Source: Octopus vulgaris (Eukaryota). From it: a DNA stretch of 64,000 nucleotides. A program made the position numbers and the translations under genes. Positions 52,899 through 64,000 of the stretch are shown here, piece after piece. Positions within the stretch are counted from its first letter, which is position 1, and each line of letters opens with the position of its first letter. The stretch covers positions 82,460,001 to 82,524,000 of the forward strand of contig OX597822.1 of NCBI GenBank assembly GCA_951406725.2. Reading direction: 5' to 3'. The notes beneath the pieces were generated by a model. The model made no database searches, had not been told where the DNA came from, and saw only the letters and a program-made list of their open reading frames with translations.

Positions 52899-54547
52899 CA
52901 CACACACACATACACACAGACATATGTATTAGCTATTTTGTTTGATGAATCAATAAAATATTTTGCAACAATGCATGTTTATTTTTGCGTGCGTGTATAT
53001 GTGTGTGTATGTGTGTGTGTGTGTGGACATGTATATGCACTTTAGAAAATAATAAGTACATGAAATCTGGTGAACAAATTCAGACTATAATATGTCCAGG
53101 TGTAAAACAGGTGTAGAGAGTATTGATGATGATGACCATGATGATGATGATGATGATGATTGTAAGAATAAGGATTAGAACAACTGATGACTAATAGTAG
53201 TCATATGTATTGATACACACACACACATAATTTATTCATACATAGTGCATTTGTGTATATATGTATGTATAAAAATATTTGCTTTATTGAATAATATCAT
53301 TGTATATAAACTTAAACATACAGCTGTTTGTATTTGTTTTATGTGTGAAGTATGTATATACCTGTGCCCCAGGGTGATAGATACTCTTCCTTACATAGAC
53401 CATTTTCCAGTGATTTTAGACTTTTATTAAAACCAGAGACTAAGGGAGAAAACCCTACAAGACACTATGCCACACGGAAGCTCTGGGAACCAATATGTTT
53501 GTTCAATCATCATCATCATTTAATGTCTGCTTTCCATGCTGGCATGGGTTGGACGGTTTGACTGAAAACTGGTAAGCTGAGGAGGGGGGGGAGCTACACC
53601 AGGTTCCAATCTGATTTGGTAAGGTTTCTACAGCTGGGTGCTTTTCCTACTGCCAACCACTCCGAGAGGGTAGTGTGTGTACTTTTATGTGCCACTGGCA
53701 CAGGTGCCATTGACCTGACACTGGCATCTGCCACGACTACGGTCTCACTTAGGTCAACACAAGCACAGTATGTCAGCAAAGATTTCAGTCAGCTGTCACT
53801 ACCTTGTCGAGACCCAACACTCGAACGGTACTTTCTACGTGCCATTGGCACGGGTGCCAGTCAAATAAGTACCAGAATAATAAGTGCCATGATTATAATT
53901 TCACTCAGTTTGGATGGTCTTCACAAGCACAGCATCTCACCCAACGATTGAAGAGCGTTTTCAACAGGCCAGCTACGTGACACTGGCATCGGCCACGTAT
54001 CTACCTTTTTATCATTTATCATTTACTCAGTGAGGGTGCATGGCTTTGTGGTTAGGGTATTGAGGTCACAATCACACAGTCATGTGTTCAATTTCTGGCA
54101 GTGTGTTGTGACCTTGAGCAAGATACTTTATTTCATGCTGCTTCAATCAACTCAGCTGGCAAAAGTGAGTTGTCTCTGTAATTCAAAAGGGGCCCGCCTT
54201 GTCACACTCTGTGTCACGCTGAATCTCCCCGAGAACTACATTAAGGGTATACGTGTCTGTGGAGTGCTCAGCCACTTGCATGTTAATTTCACGAGCAGGC
54301 TGTTTTATTGATCAAATCAACTGAAACTCACATTGTTGTAACCAATGGAGTACCAGTCTCATTTACTTGTTACAGTCATTACATTGTGGCCATGCTGGGG
54401 CAGCACCTTGAAGGATGGTTTAGTTGAACAGATCAATCCCAGTATTTATTTATTTTATGAGTCTGGTACATCTATCTGTCATTGTTGGTGAAACACTAAG
54501 TTAGAAGAACAGAACCCAACCAACACCAGTTATCAAGTGGTGGACAG

Positions 54548-54640
54548 TGCAACAGGGATCCAGCGGGCCCAAGGATTGCAACAGGGATCCAGCGGGCCCA
54601 AGGATTGCAACAGGGATCCAGCAGGCCCAAGGATTGCAGC
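54548..54640. repeat. 29-bp GC-rich tandem repeat, 3 units
   Basis: TGCAACAGGGATCCAGCGGGCCCAAGGAT repeated contiguously, with one substitution in unit 3. Confidence 0.95.
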
Positions 54641-56521
54641 GGGGACATTGATCATTGTAGTGCTATAACACTTTCGAAATTTGGCACAAGGCCAGCAACT
54701 TTCTGGAAAGGAGTAAATCGACTCCAGTACACAACTGGTACTTATTTTATTGACCCTGAAAGTATGAAAGGCAAAGTCAACCTTAGCAGGATTTGAACTG
54801 AGAACCTAAAGACAAACAAAATGCCTCTAACCACTTTGCCTGGTGTGCTAATGATTCCACCCCATCACTGTCTTAAATCATCATCATCATCATCATCATC
54901 ATTGTTTAACGTCCGTTTTCCATGCTGGCATGGGTTGGATGGTTTGACTGAGGTCTGGAGAGCCAGCGGCTGCACCAGGCTCCAATGTTTTTACAGCTGG
55001 ATGCCCTTCTGACTGGCACCCGTGTCAGTGGCACATAAAAGGTACTGTTCAAGCATTGGGTCTTAACAAGGCAGTGACAGGGGACTAAAACCTTTTTACA
55101 TGCCACCGGCACAGGAGCCTGGCATCAATCACATTTGGATAGTGCTTTTTATGTGCCATCAGCAAAGGGCCAGTCAGGGGGTACTGTCATCAGCCACATT
55201 CACATGGTGCTTTTTACATGCCATTGCACAGGAGCCAGTCAGGCGGACCTGGCATCGACTATGTTTGGATGGTGCTTTTTACGTGGCTCCAGCATGGGAG
55301 CCAGTTAGTGGGCACTGGCTACAGCTATGATATTGGTTTTATTTGACTCAACAGGTCTTCCCAAGCATATCATATTGCACGACGCAAAGGGGTACTCTTA
55401 ACCGGGCCGGACATGCGTGGCTGCGATCTCACTTTAGTTGCCGGGTCTTCTCAATCACAGCATATCTCCAAAGGAAACTAAATATTAGTTTCAAATTTTG
55501 GCACAAGGCCAGCAATTCGTGTGTCTATAATACAAGACACCTGCCCAAGGTGCACACTGCAGGACTGAACCCAAAACCACATGGCTGCAAAGCAAGCTTC
55601 TGAACCAGACAGCCATGCCTGAGCCTGTATATTCATTATGTTTCAACCAGCCACTGCAGTTAGAATTTTCCAAGAAGGTTCTGAGAGTAATTTACCAATT
55701 CTAGCAAAGCTTAATAATAAAAATATATATATTACGCAGGCATGGCTGTGGGATAAGTCGCTTGCTTCCCAACCACATGGTTCCAGGTTCAGTCCCACTG
55801 TGTGGCATCTTGCGCAAGTGTCTTCCACTATAGCCTGGCACATGTGCTGGGGGCATGTGAAAAACAACATTCGAGCGTGGTTGTTGCCAGTTCTGCCAGA
55901 CTGGCTCCCATGCAGGTAGCATGTAAAAGAACACCTTTTGAGTGTGGTCGTTGCCAGTACCGCCTGACTGGCCCTTGTGCTGGCAGCACATAAAAGCACC
56001 CACTACACTCTCGGAGTGGTTGGCTTTAGGAAGGGCATCCAGCAGTAGAAACTTTGCCAGATTGGATTGACCCTGGTGTAGCCTTCTGGCTTCCCAGCCC
56101 TCAGTCAAGCCGTCCAACCCATGCCAGCATGGAAAGTGGAAGTTAAACGACAATGACGATGATGATGATGAACAGACGTGATTGCTGACGACAGTAAAAA
56201 AATAACAGAGAGAGAGAGAACTAGACAGTGTCACGTCACTGACATTATCATCATTATCATTGTCAAGTAATATTTGTTGTACCAAATATATCATTGTATA
56301 GACTTATACAGCTGACTGCTTGAATGTGTGTATGTGTGTGGATCAAGTCTGTGTTGTGTTGATGTTGATATTACTATTATCTTACACTGAATATGTAAAT
56401 TGTTTGAATGAACAAGAATGTGATAATGTATATTATATGTGTTATGTTATATTGTAAGTCTGAACTTAACTGCTTTTCTAAATATATATATACATAGCTG
56501 TGTGAATGCGTACATGTGTAT

Positions 56522-56556
<35 letters not shown>

Positions 56557-56569
56557 ATATATATATATA

Positions 56570-56809
56570 TAATGAGTTGTGCATAATTAATGCAACTTTT
56601 TTCCAACAAATTTTATTCAACAAAAACAATAACGGTGTTTAACAAAAACATCTTTAAATGACAGTCTGATCGTCTGCCAAGCAAATGGGAAGCGGTAATT
56701 GAAGAAGATGGTGGATATGCTCCGGAATAATCATTCAAAGATGTTTTTGTTACATGTTGTCATTGTTTTTGTTGAAAAAAAGCTGCAATAATTATGCACC
56801 AACCCAATA
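56570..56809 (+). mobile_element. Internally deleted mariner (MITE) retaining the transposase C-terminus
   Basis: TIRs TAATGAGTTGTGCATAATTAATGC and GCAATAATTATGCACCAACCCAATA in TA context. Positions 56668-56730 encode DRLPSKWEAVIEEDGGYAPE*. Confidence 0.85.
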
Positions 56810-56934
56810 TGTATGTACATATACATATGATAGCTTAACTGGCCAAAACTTCAAAGTTCCTGTCGATACTATGCTAGTTTAAGAATAATAAATAACTAGA
56901 CCTGAAAAACACATACATATATATATATATATAC

Positions 56935-57087
56935 AAGAAGTTGGTCATTTTTTTTTTGCCCATGAAACTACGTGGACCCTAAGTAAGGCATGTGTAAAAT
57001 TTGAATGAAATTGGTTGTGTAGTTCTCAAGTTTTAGGGAAACACACAGACAGACAGACACACATTCTCAGTTTTATATATATAGAGA
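56935..57087 (-). mobile_element. 5' fragment of the same Helitron family
   Basis: Reverse complement of the 22703-22950 sequence (TCTATATATATAAAACTGAGAATGTGTGTCTGTCTG...CCCTAAAACTTGAGAACTACAC). Confidence 0.75.
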
Positions 57088-57423
57088 TACCACATCATCA
57101 TCAGCATCATCATTATTTAATATCTGTTTCCCATGCTGACATAGATTGAACTGTTTCTAAGTAAAGTAATAATTTCCCACAGCCAATCAATGTTTTCTTG
57201 GGAGACTGCAAACAATGGACACCGCTTATATGACAGTGATGCTCATTTACAACAATCACATACTGTAAAAACAAGACATTAACATGCACACACACTGATT
57301 CCAGACAACAGGCTTCTGTACAGTTTCCATGAGTTGACTTGAGGCTATGACACGAGCTCAAGAAGCTGTACAGTAGGACAGAACCTGTGATCTCATGATT
57401 GTGAAGCAAATTTTTTACCTAGT

Positions 57424-57810
57424 CAGGAGTGGCTGTGTGGTAAGTAGCTTGCTTACCAACCACATGGTTTCAGGTTCAATTCACTGCATAGCACCTTGGG
57501 CAAGTGTCTTCTACTATAGCCTCAGGCCAACCAAAGCCTTGTGAGTGGATTTGGTAGACGGAAACTGAAAGAAGCCCGTCGTACATGTGTGTGTTTGTGT
57601 GTCTGTGTGTCTGTGTTTGTCCCCCCACCATCACTTGATAACCAATGCTGGTGTGTTTATGTCCCTGTAACTTAGCGGTTCAACAAAAGAGACCGGTAGA
57701 ATAAGTAGTAGGCTTACAAAGAATAAGTCCTGGGGTCGGTTTGTTCAGCTAAAGGTGGTGCTCCAGCATGGCCGCAGTCAAATGACTGAAACAAATAAAA
57801 GAGTGAAAGA
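57424..57810 (+). mobile_element. SINE family A, full length
   Basis: Same head, core and tail as 36804-37190. Confidence 0.9.
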
Positions 57811-57887
57811 ACCCATGCACTCTTCCATTCATCTGATATGCCTTTTCTGGCTCTCTTACACAGACCTGTGTTCACTCAATCCTATGA

Positions 57888-58395
57888 ACACACACCCACA
57901 CACAAACACCCACATACGCAAACACGCACACTCACACACCCATATACATAAACATACACAAACGTGCATGCAATCACGCCCACATACACACACATACACA
58001 CACACACAAGCACACACACATCCAAACACATACCCACATACGCAATCACACACACACCCATATACATAAACATACACAAACGTGCATGCAAACACACCCA
58101 CATACACAAACACACCCACACACACAAACACATACACACACACATACAAACACATACCCACATACGCAATCACACACACACAAACATGCACATTCGCATA
58201 CAAACACACCCACATACACATACATACACACACAAACACATTCATATCCACATACACATACATACACACACAATCGCATGCACACGCGCCCACACACACA
58301 CACCCACATAAACATACACACACACACACACAAACATACACACACACACCCATACATACACACACACCCACACAAACAAACACCCACACACACAC
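57888..58395. repeat. CA-rich compound repeat with ~120-bp internal duplication
   Basis: CACACCCATATACATAAACATACACAAACGTGCATGCAA occurs near 57934 and 58053. Confidence 0.9.
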
Positions 58396-58767
58396 TTATG
58401 TACAGAATATTCACATGTCTCCATTCACATAAGTTCAGAGACAGCCACATGTCTCTTTCTTACTCTCTTTCTGTTTCTCACTCACACACACCCTTCACAT
58501 GCACAAACATATTTTATAAGCTTACCTATAGACATACGGATATGCACTGCTGCTCAGAACACACACCCCCTTATGTACATCTGCATCTGTTATGTAAACA
58601 AACACTGCATACACGATTATGCATGCATCGATGCTCACATGCCTCACTCCCACTTCAACAAACAAACACACACATAGGCACACATAAACATACACACATA
58701 CATACTTATAAACATACTAATACACACACAACATAACATACTAACACAATATATCGTTTTATCTAGT

Positions 58768-59177
58768 ATCTTTTGCTTATTTCACTCATTAGACTGTGGC
58801 CACGCTGGAGCACTGCCTTGAAGTGTTTTAGTCGATTGAATCAACACCAGGACTTAACATTTTTTTTTATAAAGCATGTCACTTATTATATCAGTCTCTT
58901 TTTACCAAACCACTAAGTTACATGGTCATAAACACACCAACACTGGTTTGTCGGTGGTGGTGGGGTATATATACACACACACATATACATACACACACTC
59001 ACACACACACATTTGATAGGCTTCTTTCAGTTTCCGTCTACCAAATCCATTCACAAGGCTTTGGTTGGCCCAAGGCTATAGTAGAAGACACTTGCCCAAG
59101 GTGCCATGTAGTTGGACTGAACCAGGAACCATGTGGTTGGGAAGCAAGCTACTTACCACACAGCCACTCCTGCACCT
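58768..59177 (-). mobile_element. SINE family A, full length
   Basis: Reverse complement of the family A structure. Confidence 0.85.
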
Positions 59178-61170
59178 ACACATAAACATACAAACACATA
59201 CTTTTAATTGTTTCAGCTCTTTGATTGCAGCCATGCTGGAGCACTGCTTTTAGTCAAACAAACCGACCACAGGGCTAATTCTTTATAAGCCTTTGGTTGG
59301 CCCAAGGCTATAATAGAAGACACTTGCCCAAGGTTCCACACAGTTGGACTGAACCTGGAACCATGTAGTTGTGAAGCAAGCTTGTTACCACACAGCCCAC
59401 GCCTGCACATAAATATACTAACACAGCTTAGGCTCACTAAATGGAGGATTACATATATGATACCACATGGGATGGAAAAAAGCCACATAAGTACATACAT
59501 GAATATTCATGAGTGCATATTTATATATTCATACACACATACACCCTCATTTATTAACTCTCCTAGAAGCCATGTGTCTCTCTTATTTAATCACATGATC
59601 AAAGTACATACATATATATACTGTCTCATTCTCGTCCTATTACACCCCTCCACACAAACACTCACGCTACACACATAACAACTGGTTATAATTAAATTAT
59701 AGTCTTGTGATGTAGGTATAGGGCACATGGCGATGCAAGGAAATATAGGTCACACAGTTTCAGAACCAAGTTAAATACTACGTTTGGAGAAGGATTACTT
59801 CAACACATGTTGACCTGCATTATCTGAAGACAAAAGACTGCAGGGGATGGCAGGGCAGGGGGTACCTTAGGACCCTATGCAAACCCAGATTAAGTCAGTG
59901 TACATGCTTTGGGCTTCAAGGGACAAGGGCACATGAACTGGACTTTATTATGATACAAATGGCGCAACTGAACCTGAATCTCAGTGAAAGAATTATATTT
60001 TTTTTCCTGTTGCCCCAGTTTTAAGAAAATAATTTGTTTATATTGGTTTGGTTTTGTTGCTTTATCTCTTTTACTTGTTTCAGTTATTGGACTGTGGCCA
60101 TGCTGTGGCAAGCTAATCAATCCCAGTTATTTTTGTTTTAATAATCCTGTACTTATACTGTTAATCACTTTTGTCAAACTGTTAAGTTATGAGAATGTAA
60201 ACAAAACAACACTGGTTGTGAAGCAGTAGACACACACACACACACGACTGGTTTTCACATAGTCTCCGTCTTCTACCAAGTTCATTCACAAGACATTTGT
60301 CAGCGTATGGCTATCTATACAATATGAACCAAAACCACATGGTTGCAAAGCAAAATTCTAAACCACAGCCATTCCTGCACTTATTCACACAATGTTAAAT
60401 AAAACGAAATTAAATTGAATTTTAAAAATAAGTCATGTTTAATATAAATATGGAGTCTGGCTTGTGTCATCTGGGATATGGCCTTGACGAAAACTAAATT
60501 TTAGATTTTTAGTTATGCTGGCTCTCAGTTGGTTACCACGACGAGGGTTCCAGTTGATCCACTCAACAGAACAACCTGATCGTGAAATTGTGCAACTGGC
60601 TTAGCACCCCACAGACATATGGACCCTCAACCCAGTTTTCAGGGAGATTCTGTATGACACAGAATATGACAAGACTGACCCTTTCAAATACAGATACACC
60701 CATTTTTGCCAGCTGAGTGGACTGGAGCAATGTGAAATAAAGTGTCTCGCTCAAGAACAGAACACATTGCTGGGAATTGAATTCAGGACCTTATGATCAT
60801 GAGCTGAACACCCTGACCACTAAGCTACATAGCTTCACTAAATTCTAGCTGCAGTATTTTACATTACCATGGGATTGTGCTTAGGGCCTGTTATAACCCT
60901 TAGAATGCTGGATTGTTATAACTCCCACTTTGGTATACTGTATACTTAGTAAAACCAGTAAAAACACAACTATCTCTGATCGCCTACTACGTACTCCGGT
61001 ACTTCACATACTTCTCTTTACTTACAGTGACTAGGTTGTTCCATTCATCATGTTGGAGGGGTGTACCATTATTACCAATTCCCTACAACAATGCCTTAAT
61101 GTGATATTGATCTCAAATATTACAAGGAAATCCAGGACTCTTTTTGATATAAATATAAATATTATGTATC

Positions 61171-61591
61171 TCTTTTATCCTCTCTTTTACTTGTTTCAGT
61201 CATTTGATTGCGGCCATGCTGGAGCACCACCTTTAGTCGAGCAAATTGACCCCGGGACTTATTCTTTGTAAGCTCAGTACTTATTCTATTGGTCTCTTTT
61301 TGCCGAACCGCTAAGTGACGGGGACGTAAACACACCATCATCGGTTGTCAAGCAATGCTAGGGGGACAAACACAGACGCACAAACACACGCACATACACA
61401 CACACATATATATATATACATATATACGACAGGCTTCTTTCAGTTTCCGTCTATGAAATCCACTCACAAGGCATTGGTCGGCCCAGGGCTATAGCAGAAG
61501 ACATTTGCCCAAGATGCCACACAGTGGGATTGAACCCGGAACCATGTGGTTGGTTAGCAAGCTACTTACCACACAGCCACTCCTGCGTCTA
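61171..61591 (-). mobile_element. SINE family A, full length, relatively young
   Basis: Reverse complement of family A with many CpGs retained. Confidence 0.9.
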
Positions 61592-61627
61592 TGTGTGTTA
61601 TTTCTTTCAAGTTATTCTTCAGAGAGT

Positions 61628-61855
61628 TTAACCCTTTTGTTATTGTATTTATTTTGAGATGCTCTTTGTTTTTTTCAGTTACTTTAAATATAACAAAGAA
61701 TTTAGTAAAATAACTTAATTATCATTAAGCTAGTGTTAGGAACATAAATTGTGACTAAGGTTAGGTGGAAGATTTTAATTCAAGACTTTTGAAAACATGA
61801 TATTTGTACTCAGATCCAGAAGCGGTTTCAGTCAGATTGATATTGAAAGGGTTAA
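61628..61855 (+). mobile_element. piggyBac-type MITE family 1
   Basis: TTAA|CCCTTTT ... AAAGGG|TTAA, with the same body as the 47957 copy. Confidence 0.85.
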
Positions 61856-63544
61856 GAACTGTTTCTCTATTATATATTTGAAGCCTTTGCTCAACCTTTA
61901 TAACCACAATAACAGCATATCGCTTCCTCTCTTGGGTAAGCTGAGGGTCTGCCATCATTATTTTCTGAAACAAAGATTATACAGAGTTAACAGAAAATGC
62001 AGCAATGACCCAAATAAGGGTATGTCCTCAAATACCTTATGCACCCTGTATATATGTGTGTGTATGTGTGTGTGTTTGTTCCCCCAGCATTGCTTGACAA
62101 CCGATGCTGGTGTGTTTACGTCCCCGTAACTTAGTGGTTCAGCAAAAGAGACCGATAGAATAAGTACTAGGTTTACAAAGAATAAGTTCTGACGTCGATT
62201 TGTTCGACTAAAGGTGGTGTTCCAGCATGGCCACAGTCAAATGAATGAAACAAATAAAAGAATATATATATATATATATATAAAACTTAATGCCCGAGTG
62301 TGCATCTATTCATTTACTGAGTGCACACGCACACACACACTTCACCTAGATTTGCTACTTCATGAGGGAGTGTAGCTATTTTAAAACCATTGTTTATCAA
62401 CTTTCTAATTATAGTTAACCACTTAGGAAAGAGGATGAGCCCCCCCCCCCCCCCCCCGGCAGGCTAAACAGTGACAGGGCAGGGCGCAATAAATCTTGTA
62501 ACCAGGAGGCATGAATGTTACACAATCTCAGTTCCATTGTCCTCCCTACCATAAATCTAAGTGTTTATTGCCTCGTTAAGCGATAAAAATTTGCTAACCT
62601 GTTGAATTAGTGGGTCAAGATGTTTGGTGGACACCTTTCACTTTATTATATTAAGTCTCTGGTTGTATTCCAGCAGGAAGGAATGAGACAATAAAAGAAA
62701 CCTTTTTCAGCTGATATGAATTTATGGAATTAAAGTAGTGCTCCAGCATAGCCACAGTCAAATGTCTGAAGCAATTAAAAGAATATGAAATAAAATATAA
62801 ATTTATCATAAATGCCTTTTGTGCACATGTGCGTGCACACACACACACACACTGACACGTAGCAAGTGAATTGGGGTATATAACCACCACATGAAGCACT
62901 TCTACAGATACTGGCTATCTGAAGATTGAGAAGTAGAAAGCTTTTTCACTCCACAATTCAGATTATATGAAACTCCTCAAATATCTATAGAAAATGTATA
63001 ATGTCAAATATTAAAGAATGGAGTTAGCAATTCATTTTAAAATGATTTAGCATTAAAAGAATATTCATATTAAAATGATTTGCTAACACCTTTCTTCAAT
63101 ATTTGCTGTGTATGTGTGTGTGTATATATACATATATAATATCATCATCATTATCATCATCGTCGTTGTTTAATGTCCACTTTCAACGCTGGCATGGGCT
63201 GGACGGTTTGAGGACTGGTGAGCCAAACGGCTGCACCAGGCTCAATCTGATCTGGTTGCCCTTCCTAATGCCAACCACTCCGAGAGTGTAGTGGGTGCTT
63301 TTACATGCCACCAGCACGAGGGTCAGTCAAGCAGTTCTGGCAACAACCACGCTCAAAAGGTGTTTCTTACGTGCTGCCTGCATGGGATCCAGCCTGGCAG
63401 TACTGGCAACACTATATTATAAAATAAGTTTGCATTTTGAAGATCTTGAGTGAAATATCTTCAGGGCAACAGAACATTATGGAATTTACATATGAATTAG
63501 TTGAAAGATGCTTTGCCAGAAGCTGCAGGAGCTAATCAAAGGTT

Positions 63545-64000
63545 TTGCAAGCCTTTCTAAATCGACTGCAATGCTGGAAACCCTTCAGGGTCGAAAGACT
63601 TTCACCTCACCCCTTAGCCTGTACACTTCACCTGGGTGGAGCAGAGAGGACTAAGCTAGTCTTCACCTATGGAAAGGTTCCACTTGCAGTCTCTTATCAT
63701 CCACAGCCATCTTGAGCTAGTTTCAGCTGCTGTGCTTATTTCCTCGATGGCTTTCCTCAGATGTCTGGGTTCCGGACCTATCTTCTGCAGGAAACAGCAC
63801 ACTGAGTAGCTGGGAAGTCGTGGCAACCTACTTCAATAGGGAATGAAGCTGCTTGCTAACCCTTGACAAAGGTCTCACCAACTAAGGCCCTGATACTTTG
63901 TTTTCTTTACCTAGTGGGAAACATTGAGTCTGTCCTCCCAGGACACTGAATTTGACCACAATAATTGTTTTTGTATTCCTGGAGAACTAGAACATGTCTG
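63545..64000 (-). pseudogene. HERO/R2-like non-LTR retrotransposon 3' end with restriction-like endonuclease domain
   Basis: Minus-strand translation across frameshifts: DM..FSRNTKTIIVV..WEDRL..KKTKYQ..FPIEVGC..FLQKIG.EPRHLRKAIEEISTAAETSSRWLWMIRD. The element runs off the window end. Confidence 0.8.

Noticed and set aside
54548-54640. CRISPR-sized 29-bp direct repeats
   Set aside because: The units are contiguous with no spacers, there are no cas genes, and the context is eukaryotic.
55701-56294. 197-aa minus-strand ORF
   Set aside because: Composed of adjacent SINE family A and B sequence; the same pseudo-peptides recur in many ORFs across the window.
57856-58736. Longest ORFs in the track (up to 216 aa, HT/CV-rich) and similar YI/HT/CV ORFs elsewhere
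   Set aside because: They are translations of dinucleotide microsatellites that lack stop codons by composition.
63565-63615. GAAA-gtc-tttc-gac and CTGAAGG in the HERO-like 3'UTR (minus strand)
   Set aside because: No stem I, no UH triplet and a non-canonical core; a hammerhead cannot be supported.

Overview
This is eukaryotic DNA: AT-rich, dense in microsatellites and SINEs, and almost entirely non-coding. The repeat repertoire most resembles an octopus (coleoid cephalopod) genome; this is inferred from remembered family motifs, not a database hit. Nearly all ORFs in the supplied track are artefacts of simple repeats or SINEs. Gene-related signals are few: a probable + strand 3' end near 16.77 kb, and a CpG-retaining domain (~25.1-36 kb) with promoter motifs and two candidate phase-0 first coding exons (ATG|GTAAGT at 26432; MAHHK|GTAAGC at 27819). 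No convincing downstream exon follows. Transposon fossils include RTE, HERO-like and R4/Dong-like LINEs, a maT/mariner transposase, mariner, hAT and piggyBac MITEs, and a Helitron carrying a LINE ORF1-like fragment. The most notable observation is a set of unrelated Penelope-type minimal hammerhead ribozyme relics beside (TA)n/(AAT)n tracts, several disabled at CpG positions. One lies downstream of a tRNA-like Pol III head.
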